DNA of 64,000 nucleotides from Vicugna vicugna (Eukaryota). The position numbers and the translations under genes are program-made. Each line of letters begins with the position of its first letter. The stretch's first letter is position 1. Under the pieces are notes generated by a model, which was given only the letters and a program-made list of their open reading frames with translations, ran no database searches and was not told the DNA's origin. The stretch spans positions 992,001-1,056,000 of the forward strand of contig MU057999.1 in assembly GCA_013265495.1 (NCBI GenBank). The letters run 5' to 3'. This document shows positions 13,625-24,160 of this stretch, one piece after another.

Positions 13625-13735
13625 GGGCCCATGTCTCCATCCAGCTGGGATCCATATCTCCATCCAAATGAGACTCATGCTCCTCCATCCAGCTGGGACA
13701 CAAACTTCTATCCAAGGGCCCATGCCTCCATCACA
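13625..13735. repeat. Degenerate minisatellite, about 5 copies of a 20-25 bp unit
   Basis: Units gggcccatgtctccatccagct / gggatccatatctccatccaaat / gagactcatgctcctccatccagct / gggacacaaacttctatccaa / gggcccatgcctccatcaca. Confidence 0.75.
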
Positions 13736-14969
13736 ATGCCTCTAATTAACTGGTACCATGTGAGACTTCCAGCTGCTGCTGCTGCCAAAGATTCCCATTA
13801 AAGCAAGTACTCTGAAAGACTCTGCCCACCAACCCCAAGTGAGAAGAGGCCCTCATCTGCTTCCTGCCTCCTGGGGACCAGCCATTCATTTAGAGCTGGG
13901 AGGGAGGCCCTGGGCAGAGCCTTCCTGGGCTCCCTCAGGGCTGTTCGTCTTCCCTTTGCCTTCAGTTTGATTGTTATTCCAAAGGCCTCCTTATGGAAAT
14001 TACAAAATAATGGTTCTGCAATTTGTGCTTGTGGGGCTGTGTGTAGGCTAATTGTGTCTTGGTGTCCCCTCTCTCAGAGGCACTGTGGTAGAATCTGACA
14101 CACGACTCCCTCTCCACTGCAGCGTTGTCTCTCTCTCCTGCCAAATTTCTCCGAGGTCTGGGGACAGCATGAGTGTCTTGAGTAGAAATGGTCCCCCCCA
14201 AGCCCACCTCCATGTCTAAAGGGGCCCAGGGCCCCTGGCTTCTCTATCTATGAAGCATGCACACTGTTTTAACAGAGATCCTATTTGGGGTGGCTGTAGG
14301 GGGCTGGTGGAGGTAAGGAGGCACACTACCCCTTGGCACTGTCACTGCGGCCACCCCGCCTCCCGGCTTGCACACCCTCCCTAGCTGGGGAGTTACCTGT
14401 GAGGAGGGGAAAGGGAGGGGTGGGAGAGAGGATGCTTGTGGCAGGTGGGATGTTACTGCAGATCCAGGTCTAGGCACGTGCCCTGAGCAGGACGAGATCC
14501 TGGGCTCAGAGGAGGGCTTCATGGAGGAGACTGGGTGGTCCTCAGCCAGATTTCAGAAGGGGAAGCTGGGGCCAAGGGCAGCACGAGAGATGAGCAGAAA
14601 CGAACTGCTCCCAGCTCCAAACTCCTGTTACTGAGTACAAAGTCAGTTAGGCTCTTTCTAAAGGCAATTGTTTCCAGGGGAAAAGTTAAGCTTTCTTTGC
14701 AAAAAGGGGTAAATTGCTTTAATCACATTACCCCTGGGGACATTTCGGGTGGGGCAAAAGCAGAGCCTTCAGAGGGTCCTACTTGGACCGCCTGGGGAGT
14801 GTGTGTTTCTGGGGAAGGGGAGGGGGCAGCAGGTGTGAGAAGGACTCAGGTGGGTGCTGGCCTGGGACGACTTGGCATCTCTAGGATTTGAATAGCAGTG
14901 AAAATGGCTGGAGGTCACGGTCAGAAGCTTCGAACCACACCTTCTCTAAGCTTCAGTGAGATGTAGGGG

Positions 14970-15190
14970 CAACACAGACCTGGGCTGAATTCTGATTCTG
15001 TCGCTGGCAGCTGTAGGACCTGGGCCGAGCTGCTTCCCCTCTGGATCTTGGTTTCCTTGTCTATTGCAAGGTGTAATGGCGGCACCGACTTCCTGGGCTG
15101 GGGGAGAATTGAACACGACAAGGTAGCTGAGTGGTTAGCATGACACCCAGAGCGAGTCCTCGCCCACGATGGCTGTTTGCTGTTATTACC
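14970..15190 (+). mobile_element. MIR fragment
   Basis: cagacctgggctgaattctgattctgtcgctggcagctgtaggacctgggccgagctgcttcccctctggatcttggtttcctt. Confidence 0.65.
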
Positions 15191-15609
15191 CTGCATGGTT
15201 GTTGTGCTGTTTTGAGGATTAAGTGACATAATTACATAATTTCTGTGCAGCATGTAGAACAAGGCCTGGCATGTAACCACGGTGTATTCAGTGTTGACTG
15301 TTCCTTTTACATCCGCCCTCTTCCAGGTCAGGCAGACAGCTTCCCCTCCAAATCTCCATCCCCTCTCTCTCAAGAGAAGTGGGGGGAGATCAGGTGGAGG
15401 AGGGGAGGGGGGAGGAGGAGAGGCGGGGCGCCCAGGATTCACCCCATGCCGCCTCCATCATCAGCACAGCACACCAGGTCTTTGAGTATTTTCATGTTCC
15501 TGGTGCCTTTGAATACTCTCTCACAAGTTCTCAGAGCGTGTGGCATAAAAGAAGGTCTTTGGGAACAATGATTTCAACCTATTTTAGAAAAAGAGCTGTG
15601 TGGGGGGAG

Positions 15610-16030
15610 GAAAAAGGTAGTCAGTAGAGAAATACCCTGGGTATTGCAAGTAGAATCAGATTTGATATAGGAATTTAGGTGCTTGCGAAGCCCTTGAAAG
15701 GGATGGGAAACGGATCAGGCTAGGCCACTGAGCACCCTCAGGTTGGCCACTAGTGTCCAAGGAGTCAGTAGCCTGAAGATGCCGTCAGCAATGGTCACGG
15801 CTGCTTCTAACGCGGAGGCGAGTGCACGGGAAACACCTGGAGTGCATGGGAAAACTTCATGTCTGCCAAAACCCATAGACTGTGCACCGCCCCGGCCCAA
15901 GAGCCGCATCCGAGCTGCCACTTCCTGTGCCCCTTCCAAAGCTGGTGGTCGGGCCTCTCATTGGTGCGCTCTAAGCCAGACCCACAGGCCAGCCTTCTGG
16001 GAAATGTAGTTCCTTTGCTTCCCGCCCCTG
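15610..16030. mobile_element. Probable ancient ERVL/MaLR-class LTR remnant
   Basis: agagaaataccctgggtattgcaagtagaatcagatttgatataggaatt and the terminal ctgggaaatgtagtt resemble old ERVL-class LTRs; family not determined. Confidence 0.4.
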
Positions 16031-16714
16031 TGAGCCTGAGGGGAGCATAAAAGGTTGGAGGTGGGTGGGCTCTGACTGTCCAACAGACAAAGCTGCTGCG
16101 GAGGTGGGGATCTGACCCCTTGAAGATCCAGGATGCAGCAGTCATGGAAGCAGAGGTGGGGCCAACATCAGGGAGGTAGGAGGGCGAGGAAGACAGTTTG
16201 CTGTGGGCGGAGAGCTTGGAGCTGCACAACTTCTGGGGGAGGAAAGGAGAGGAGAGGTGAGGCCTGAGTGTCTCCCTGTGAAGCAGATGGAACAGCAGCA
16301 GGAGTGGGGAGACCCGAGCAGGAGGCCCAGTCTGGGAGGCGCTAAATACAGGCTCTCCCCAGCATGCGCGACTGGCTGCGTAGGCGGGACTCGGAGTTAC
16401 AGGAAACCCTGCATCACCCCAGAGGACCCCGAGATCTGGGTCAGGGCCAGGAGGAGAGCTTGGGGAAAGCCAAGGGTTTCAGTGAGAGGATCACCATGGA
16501 CAGACCTGAGAGCCCAGGAGCCACTGGGGATGGAAAGACTGTTTTATCATGAATTTAATTCAGTGAGTACCTGAAGCCACCACCTGGGCCTCAGGACCTT
16601 CGACACAGACAGGTACAAACGGGATGGCCTGTGCCTTTGCAAATGTACTGTTCAGTGAGAGAGACGGAATGCTGATGGTGATGGTGGTGGTGAGGAGGAG
16701 GAGGATGGTGATGA

Positions 16715-16965
16715 GCTAACTCTTTTGACTGCTTCGTACACAAATCATTTACATGGATTATACACATTTACTCTCCGCCAGGACAGGCAGGCACTACTAC
16801 TATTATGCGCTGTCATTATATACTATTATTATTATAGCAGGTGGGAAGCACTATTATTCCTAATTTGCAAGTGGGGAGCCTGAGGCTTAGAGAGATTAGT
16901 GACTTGCCCGTGGTCACAGTTGATAGGAGGAGGGGCCAGGGTCCCTTCCTGGGCTCCCAGACTCC
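16715..16965 (-). mobile_element. MIR fragment(s)
   Basis: ctattattcctaatttgcaagtggggagcctgaggcttagagagattagtgacttgcccgtggtcacag. Confidence 0.7.
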
Positions 16966-19294
16966 ATATTTAACACAAGACAGACCGTGCCGGTGGGGAA
17001 GACAGACACAGATGCATGGATGGTGCTAAGGGGATGTTTTAGCGGGGAGACATTCATGCCAACCGGGGAGTGAGGGGCACTGTCTTGGAGGGAGTGGCCT
17101 GCGAGCTAAGCCAGAGGGAATGGGCACATTTCAGGTTCAAAGGTGGGTGGGAAGGGCTTGCAGAGATCTGAGTTAGTGATGTCTTAGAAGGTGGTAAATC
17201 ATACAGCAGGGAAAAGTTTTTTTAAAAAAGTCTGAGCTCTTCAGCGTTTGTCTTGCCTATACCCACTTTTTTGCTCATTGAACACGACAACGTGAGTACC
17301 ATCTAGGTACTGGCAGGCAAAGATGCGCAGGGCGCTGGGAGCAGCTTGGCGGGGGAGACAGGCGGGTAAACAGACGGACCCAGTGTGGGTACATAGACGT
17401 CTAGAGCAGGCCCAGAGGGCACGGTGCTTCCTGGAGGAGGGGGTCTTGAGTGGTTCTGACACCGATAGTAGCTCCTTGGGCAGCCAGGCATGGGTGCATA
17501 GCGGCAGGGAGAGGCTGGCGAAGAGGCTGGAAGGGTGAGCGGGCCCACTGATCCCGAGGGGCTGTGGAAAAGCCACGACCAGGCACGGGACTTCATTGCC
17601 AAGTCAGGGGTGCCCTCGGAGGTTTTAGACAGGAAAGTGGCATGGATTCTGATCCCTGTTACTGGAAGATTTCTCTGGGAGGTGTGCGGGGGAGGTAAGC
17701 GACAGTCGGGACACCAGGGAGCTGGTGACGAGACAAGGGCCTGAACCAAGGTAGGGATAGCTCAGAACCCAGAGATGACAGGCTGCGGTGACATGCGGGT
17801 GTGGGGTAGGGGAGGGAGGTTCGGGAAGCAGCAGGCTGTGGACATCTGCTTGTGGGCCGTCCACGGAATAAGTCCTCAAGACAGAGGGTGAAAATACAGA
17901 AGAGAGGAGGAAACCATTAGGTCAAGGCTCTGAACCCAGCAGTGAAGGTATGAAACAGGGCTGAGAGTGAGTGGGGGTAGGGCGGGGCTCATCTCCATCA
18001 CAAGAGCTTGGGGAGGGGCAGGAGGAGGCGGTAAGGTTCCCTCCTGCTGTTCTGTTTCTTCAACTGGCGCTTTTAATTGTGTGTAGTAGGCAAGTTAGTG
18101 TTAGGTGGTCAAGTTAATTAAAGCCTGCACATTGAAAAATAATGATAATAAAGGCCAAATGCAGCCGTCACCTGTCTGTCCCCCTGGCTTCATCCCTTGC
18201 TTCCCAGGAAGCCCGAAACAGCCCTTGCAGTCCTGGTCTCGTGGACTCCTGTCCCAAACAGGGGCCCCCCTCACCTCCTGGGAGCTGGTGATGATGGCAG
18301 TTCAACACAGGGGCGTGTTTGTGGTGACAGAACTGTGAAATAGTGAAATCTTGGCAATGAGTAAAATCTTTGCTGGATATGGTCCTCCCTCTCCCTTTTC
18401 AAGAATAGAATTTTTTTGTTTTTTTGTTTGTTTTTTAGCTCAGAGATATACCAAGCAAATGAAATAAAATAAAGGAGGGCAGAGAGAGAGACCAAAGTGC
18501 CTTTAATTTGAATTGCTTTTCCCACGTGACAAAGCGACAGTTCATTGCAAAATATTTATCTTCATTATGGTTGGTACCATTATTGATGAGGAAGGCCTGC
18601 AGACTAATGGGAAAATCTCTCTAGGAGGCCTGCATCCAGATGAGCTGAGTCTCCACCTTGCCTTGGACACACTGGCTGAGCACGGTCTTTAATTTCTGGG
18701 TGCCCCAGCTGACCCACGGGGCACAGCCGCAAAGGGGAGTCAGTGCTCTTGGTTGGATTAGCACCACAGAAGTGGGAGCGGTCCTCCAGGTCAGGGCATG
18801 ACCTCCTTGTGACAAGGACTGCTTCCTGCTTGCCTTTGAATATACAGGGCCCCTGCTTAACAAAAGTGTGTGCCGAGTAGCTGCAGGATGGATGGATGAC
18901 CTTGAAAATGAGGGTGTGATAAAGGGATAGGCAGATCCTTGAATCCAGCTTAACCATTCATTTCACCAAAGCGGTCAGTGGGGTCCAGGGAGGGGACTCA
19001 CCCCCATCAGCTGCAGAGCTGGCCTGAGGTTCAGCCCCTTCCTCCCCAGGGACCTCTCTGTCCCTGTCCCTTCTGCTGAGAGATGTTGCAAAACACAAAT
19101 GGGAAGGTGCTCTTGGAGCTATTTTTACTATTTAGAATAAAAGGAGTTTGCAAAAATCAAAGTGCCATTTACCGTGATGGATGTTCCAAGAGGCTCAGGT
19201 TAGCAGCCGTGGGAGCTGTCATTCACAGGAGGATTAAGCCTCATATGTGTTCACCAATCAGGAGCAAAGAAGCAGAGCTGAGGAGCTGTCCTCA

Positions 19295-19410
19295 CTCCCC
19301 ATGCCCCCATTTCACAGATGAGTCCACTGCAGCTGGGAGAGGCCACCATGGGTCTTGCGTGTGACCTCATAGGCAGCAAGGAAACTGGTCTGGAACCCTG
19401 GTGTTCAGAG
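19295..19410 (-). mobile_element. MIR fragment
   Basis: cccccatttcacagatgagtccactgcagctgggagagg. Confidence 0.55.
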
Positions 19411-19659
19411 TCAACACCAGGGGTGAATTTTGCTGGCCCATTGCCACCTCCCGGGACATCCTGGGCCACGTGTTGAATGTGCAGCCATGAGCAGGCGGGG
19501 CCAGGGCTCAGCTGTGTTTTCCGGTGGCCGAGCGGGTTGATTAACACAGGAGGCACCGTGAACAGCCCTGACTTTGAGGAATTCCTCGAGGGGAGAGCTG
19601 AGGGCGTCTTCCCAAGCTCATTACCTGGTCTCAGAACTTTGTAGCCACCCCTCATAAAT

Positions 19660-19752
19660 CGCTTCGGTGTGGCACGCGGCCGTTCCCCGGGAAGAGACGT
19701 CAGGGAGATTGAGAGCTCCGACGTGCGGGCTTCCGGTCGGTGTCAGCGCTCG
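19660..19752. promoter_or_regulatory. Small CpG-dense patch with ETS and CRE-like motifs
   Basis: 14 CpGs in 93 bp; CTTCCGGT 19730-19737, GACGTCA 19696-19702, GACGTG 19720-19725. Confidence 0.3.
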
Positions 19753-20373
19753 GAAAGCCTCTGGAGGACAGAGGCTTTATGAGTTGTTTTCTTCCTTCAC
19801 ACTGAGCCACCTTCCGGCCCAGGTTTACTGCTCTGAGGCTGTGAAGGTGCCGAGGGAGGGAGCCTGGGCGTATTTTTCCCTGCACCTGCCTCGGATGGCA
19901 CCTGCTGGTCTGGACAAACATAGCACCACCAATGTCTGATGGGGGACGGGAGCCCAGCTGGTCCTGAGGGTGTGATCCAGCGCTCCCCGGCATGCACATC
20001 CCTCCCAGCAGCAGAAACGAGGCATCCAGGCCCTGCCCTCCTGTCTCCGTCTCCCCCAGGGGACTGGCCTCCCCTGTCACCCGTCCATCTCTCCGCATTA
20101 CCGACACCTCCGTCTGACTCACGCCGCTTCCCTTCCCCCAGGGAGTGCTGTGGGTTTGAAATGATGGTCTTTAATCATTTCTTAAGTGACCAGCCCCGAA
20201 ATCATTTCTTAGTGCCATACACACAAATTAAATCATAAATCCACACTAGGCCCTGCCTGGGAAGGATGGAGGTGCAGCCCTGATTTGGAGCAGAGAAGAG
20301 GCCTTTGCAGGAGACAGGAATCAGCCTGCACCTGGAGGCAGGGCTAGGGCCTGGGAGGGAAGGAAGACCTTCC

Positions 20374-20829
20374 TGCTGCTGTCTGTGCGAGGACTGCTGT
20401 AACAGAAGACCACAGATGGAGGGGCTTGAGCAACAGACATGTATTCCTCTCTGTTCTGGAGGCTGGAAAGTCCAAGATCAAGACGTCAGCAGGTTCAGTG
20501 TCTGGTGAGGGCCCACTTCCTGGCTTGTAGGCTGTTTTTCCATTAAGTCCTCACATGCCCTTTCTTCATTGCTTGCATAGAGAGAGAGAGAGACAGAGAG
20601 AGAGAGAGGGAGAGACAGAGAGAGGGAGAGAAGGAGGGAGAGAGAGGTCTCATGTCTCTTTCTTTTTCTACAAGGGCATTACTCCCATCATGCGGCCCCC
20701 TCTCATGATCTAGTCTAACCCCCATTACCTCCCAAAGGCACCACCTCCAGATGCCTATCAACCGCATTGGGGGTTAAGTCTTCAATATATGAATTTGGCT
20801 GTAGGGGGACAAACATTCGGTCCATTGCA
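20374..20829 (-). mobile_element. MaLR solo LTR (MLT1A-like) containing an expanded (AG)n tract
   Basis: ttctggaggctggaaagtccaagatcaag...gtgtctggtgagggcccacttcctgg...ttacctcccaaaggcaccacctcc...ttcaatatatgaattt...aaacattcggtccattgca, the reverse complement of an MLT1A-type consensus as recalled. Confidence 0.85.
20579..20646. repeat. (AG)n-rich microsatellite / polypurine tract
   Basis: agagagagagagacagagagagagagagggagagacagagagagggagagaaggagggagagagag. Confidence 0.95.
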
Positions 20830-21339
20830 CCTACTAACTCTCCTTCCTCAGATGGTCCCTTTTGCACTTGTGTTATTCTGTTCGGACAAAAGAGGTCTCA
20901 GAGAATGCAGTCAGGTGGTTTGGAGGCATGAGGAAGGTGCTTATCTCACGTTTAGGAAGTCTGGGCAGCCCCATCCAGGGCTGAGACACCCATGCCCTGC
21001 TATCCAGAGCCAGCCAGGTCCAAGAGGTCCTTTTGATTACCTCTGGGAGATCAGAAGGAGGCGGGCAAGAAGGACCACGTGGGAGAGTGAGAACGGGCAG
21101 GCAGTCATCAAGAGAGACTCAGTAGTGGGGGATGCAGGTGGGTGTTTCTGAAACATACCCGTGATCCCTACTGACTTGAGGTCTCAGTGCAACATTCTGC
21201 CCCCATCCAAGACTAACTGCAGCCTATTCGCAACAGCTGATGCTTCTTCCCATGAAGACCAAGTCTTCTCATTCATTAGTTGGTGATGGACGTGTAGCAA
21301 GGACACTAGCAAGCTACTAAACATCCTTGACTCCTGCCC

Positions 21340-21640
21340 ACCACCATGCCTTTGTGCGTGCTATTTCCTTTGCCTGAAATGCCTGCCTTCATTTTGTCTA
21401 CCTAGAAAACTCCTATTCATGCTTCAAAACCCAGATCAGCTGTCCTCTTGTCCAACAAATACAGAGGGGACTGCCTGTTTTCTCCCCACTCCCGTACATG
21501 CTTCTCTTTTCCTACGAATCATGCTGTTTTGTAATTACTGCTGGCATTGTGTTCTTCCGTTAGGCCTGTGTTCCTTGAGAACGGGGACTCTGGTTTACTC
21601 TGCTTTGTACCTTCAGCAGGGTCTGGATCCAGGGAGTGAT
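21340..21640 (+). mobile_element. L2 fragment
   Basis: catgcctttgtgcgtgctatttcctttgcctgaaatgcc...aaactcctattcatgcttcaaaacccagatc. Confidence 0.7.
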
Positions 21641-22959
21641 GTTTCAGTGATCAGAGACCCAAAGTGAAGGAACGGCTATGTATCTTTCTTTTACCTCCAA
21701 TGTGCTTTGTTTCTGAGCTGAGAGTCTAAGTTTCTGCCTCTGCAAAGTGGGAGAGAGAAAGCCAGTGCCTTCACCACTTCAGAAGCCTACAGAGAAGATG
21801 AATCTGAGAGTGGGTTGGTGGGGAATGTGTCGAAACCCTTTAGCTCCTTGAAAAAACCCATTAGAAAGTCTAGGTGTTGGTATTGCAATTATTATTTGAT
21901 TCCCAAATGGTGAGCGCGCTTCCAGAAATGTGCTTTGCTTGATGAACCAGTACATTTTCAGCCCCCACTGATGAATTTGGGAATCGAATACCTGTCATCT
22001 TGAAATAATTGACACATCTTGGTGAAGCACTTACATTCCTCTGATGAAATTCTGAAATCTTATTGAGAGCAAGGAGAAAGACGTGTTACATGGGAGCAAT
22101 ATTACTTTATGGACCTTTATCTTGGTTATTAACAAATGAGTGTTAGGTGTGGAAATGGTAAAGGGGGGATTCGGTAATGAAGTTTCATAGGATAATAATG
22201 ATTGTTAGCCTGATGATGATGAAATCCAGACTTTAACGCACGTGGCTGCCTTGGCACTCGCTGTTCCGTGCCCCCTGAGGCTGGTGGACGGCAGGCTGGA
22301 TACTTCTGGCCCCAGATCCCATGCTGAAGTTATCCAGGAAGTGGGCATAAAGGTGATAGTCTCCTTCAGCGTATGTGGACTGGGGTGGCCTAAATGATAA
22401 TATTTACAAGTGCCCAGATGTCATGTCCGAAGCAAACATCTTTATTCTAGGAAGCTGGCACCCACTAGAGGTAGGAGCAGTGAGTGCCAGTGACCACTCA
22501 CCGCCCCCTGATGCTGAGCTGCCCGCGCGTCCTGGGGAAGCTCAGCCTGTCCCACCGTTTACGGTCCCTTCATTTTCCTCTGCCCACTGGAAGCCACGGG
22601 GAAGATGAGTTTGCCTTTTGGAGCAGACGTCTGCAGAATGCCCAGCAACCGCATGCATATATCACATTTTTTACATCTGATCAGGAATTCAGACGGGCAG
22701 AGACTCAGAGGGCTCAGCGCTACCTGACCTAGACCAAAGTTGGGGTTGCTCTCTCCCTTTGGAAGCAGGGAAAGTAAGTAGGGCAAGGTGCCCTCAGTAG
22801 GCAGAAAGGCACTACATCCGGCCTGTTTCCTGGGCCTCTCACATGAACTCACATGCAGTGGACATGTGCGTTCTCAAGCCTTAGTGCACATGCATATAAA
22901 TGCCAAACGCCCCCACCCCCATGAATATTGTCACTTTAGTAAATAACTGGGAAGGGCAT

Positions 22960-23110
22960 CGGTTTTGAAGCCAGGCAGACCTGCTTTTGAATCCTGCCTC
23001 TGCCACAGACTAGCTGTGAAATATCAGGCAAGTTGTTTTACCTCTCTGAGCCTCAGTGTCATTGCCGGTGAAATGGGAATGATAACTCTTTCTTACCAAG
23101 TTTCATTGAA
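22960..23110 (+). mobile_element. MIR fragment
   Basis: ttgaagccaggcagacctgcttttgaatcctgcctctgccac...ggcaagttgttttacctctctgagcctcagt. Confidence 0.8.
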
Positions 23111-23199
23111 AGGAAATGGTATGTTAGAATTACATTCGTTTATGAGAAATGGAAACATGTAAGATAATTTGGTTTCTAAAATATAAAGATTTGTTTTTT

Positions 23200-23455
23200 C
23201 TGTCATGTCAAATAAATTCAGGCTGGAAGGGCCCTCCCTAACGTGGTGTTAGAGACCAAGGTATATTCAAACCTGCTGCTCTTGACATCCTTAGCACAAA
23301 ATTTTCACCTCACAGCCCAAGATGGCTGCATGAGGTTCAGCCATCACGTCCACCTTCCAGCCGGTGGTAATGAAGACTGAGGGAAGAAGAGCTAGCTTTC
23401 TCTTTTGACAGTCACTGCCCAGAAATCACATAGGCTTGCTTATATCTCTGGATCT
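23200..23455 (-). mobile_element. Old MaLR LTR fragment (MLT1J/K/L-like)
   Basis: catccttagc...cccaagatggctgc...cagccatcacgtccaccttccagc is characteristic of old MLT1 LTRs. Confidence 0.6.
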
Positions 23456-23604
23456 TAGCGATTCAAGCTGAGGCCCATGCCTCATTAAACCTTGATAGGA
23501 ATGCTGTATGTGGTGGGGCAAATGTTGACTTTAAAAAATATAAAACATTAGCAAGGTGATGACACATTGCCTATTGTGAACACATTATACTTTTATAATA
23601 GAAT

Positions 23605-23820
23605 AATATTAACAGCTACTTTTAATTGAGTAGTTATTATATGCCAGGTACTGCACCAAACATTTTTATTCATTATCTCATTCAATGATCAAAACAATTC
23701 TATGAGATAGGGACTAATGTTACTCCATTTTTACAGATGAGGACACCAAGACTCAGAATGATTATAAAACTCGCTTCTTATGGCTCTGAGTAGTGGCGTC
23801 TGTAACTCAGAAGCTGGTAC
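23605..23820 (-). mobile_element. MIR
   Basis: agctacttttaattgagtagttattatatgccaggtactg...ccatttttacagatgaggacaccaagactcaga. Confidence 0.8.
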
Positions 23821-23934
23821 TCCTTCTCCATGATGTCACATTGGCATAGTTTATATTTAACATGATGCACACTGGTTTTGTTGGTTCCAAGGAAACTACT
23901 TGATTTTAAAATGTTTTAGCCAATGAGTTACCAA

Positions 23935-24160
23935 GTCTCTGGAGCCAGGCAGCCCGTGTTCAATTCCTGGCTTCGTGGCTGGTTGTGGGACCTCGGACAA
24001 GATGCTGACCTTGTTTGAGCCTCAGTTTCCTGATCAAAATAAGAATAATTGTAGCCTGTGTCTCTTAGGATGGTTATGAGTATGAAATGAGGTCTGCAGA
24101 GCCACTGAGTCCCTGGCCCTTGATAAATGCTGTTTAAATACTGATCATTGTTATTATTCA
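23935..24160 (+). mobile_element. MIR
   Basis: ctctggagccaggcagcccgtgttcaattcctggct...gagcctcagtttcctgatc...ggttatgagtatgaaatgag. Confidence 0.8.

Noticed and set aside
16487..16507. REST/RE1-like sequence CACCATGGACAG
   Set aside because: The right half matches, but the left half reads GGATCACC instead of TCAGCACC; too degenerate to call.
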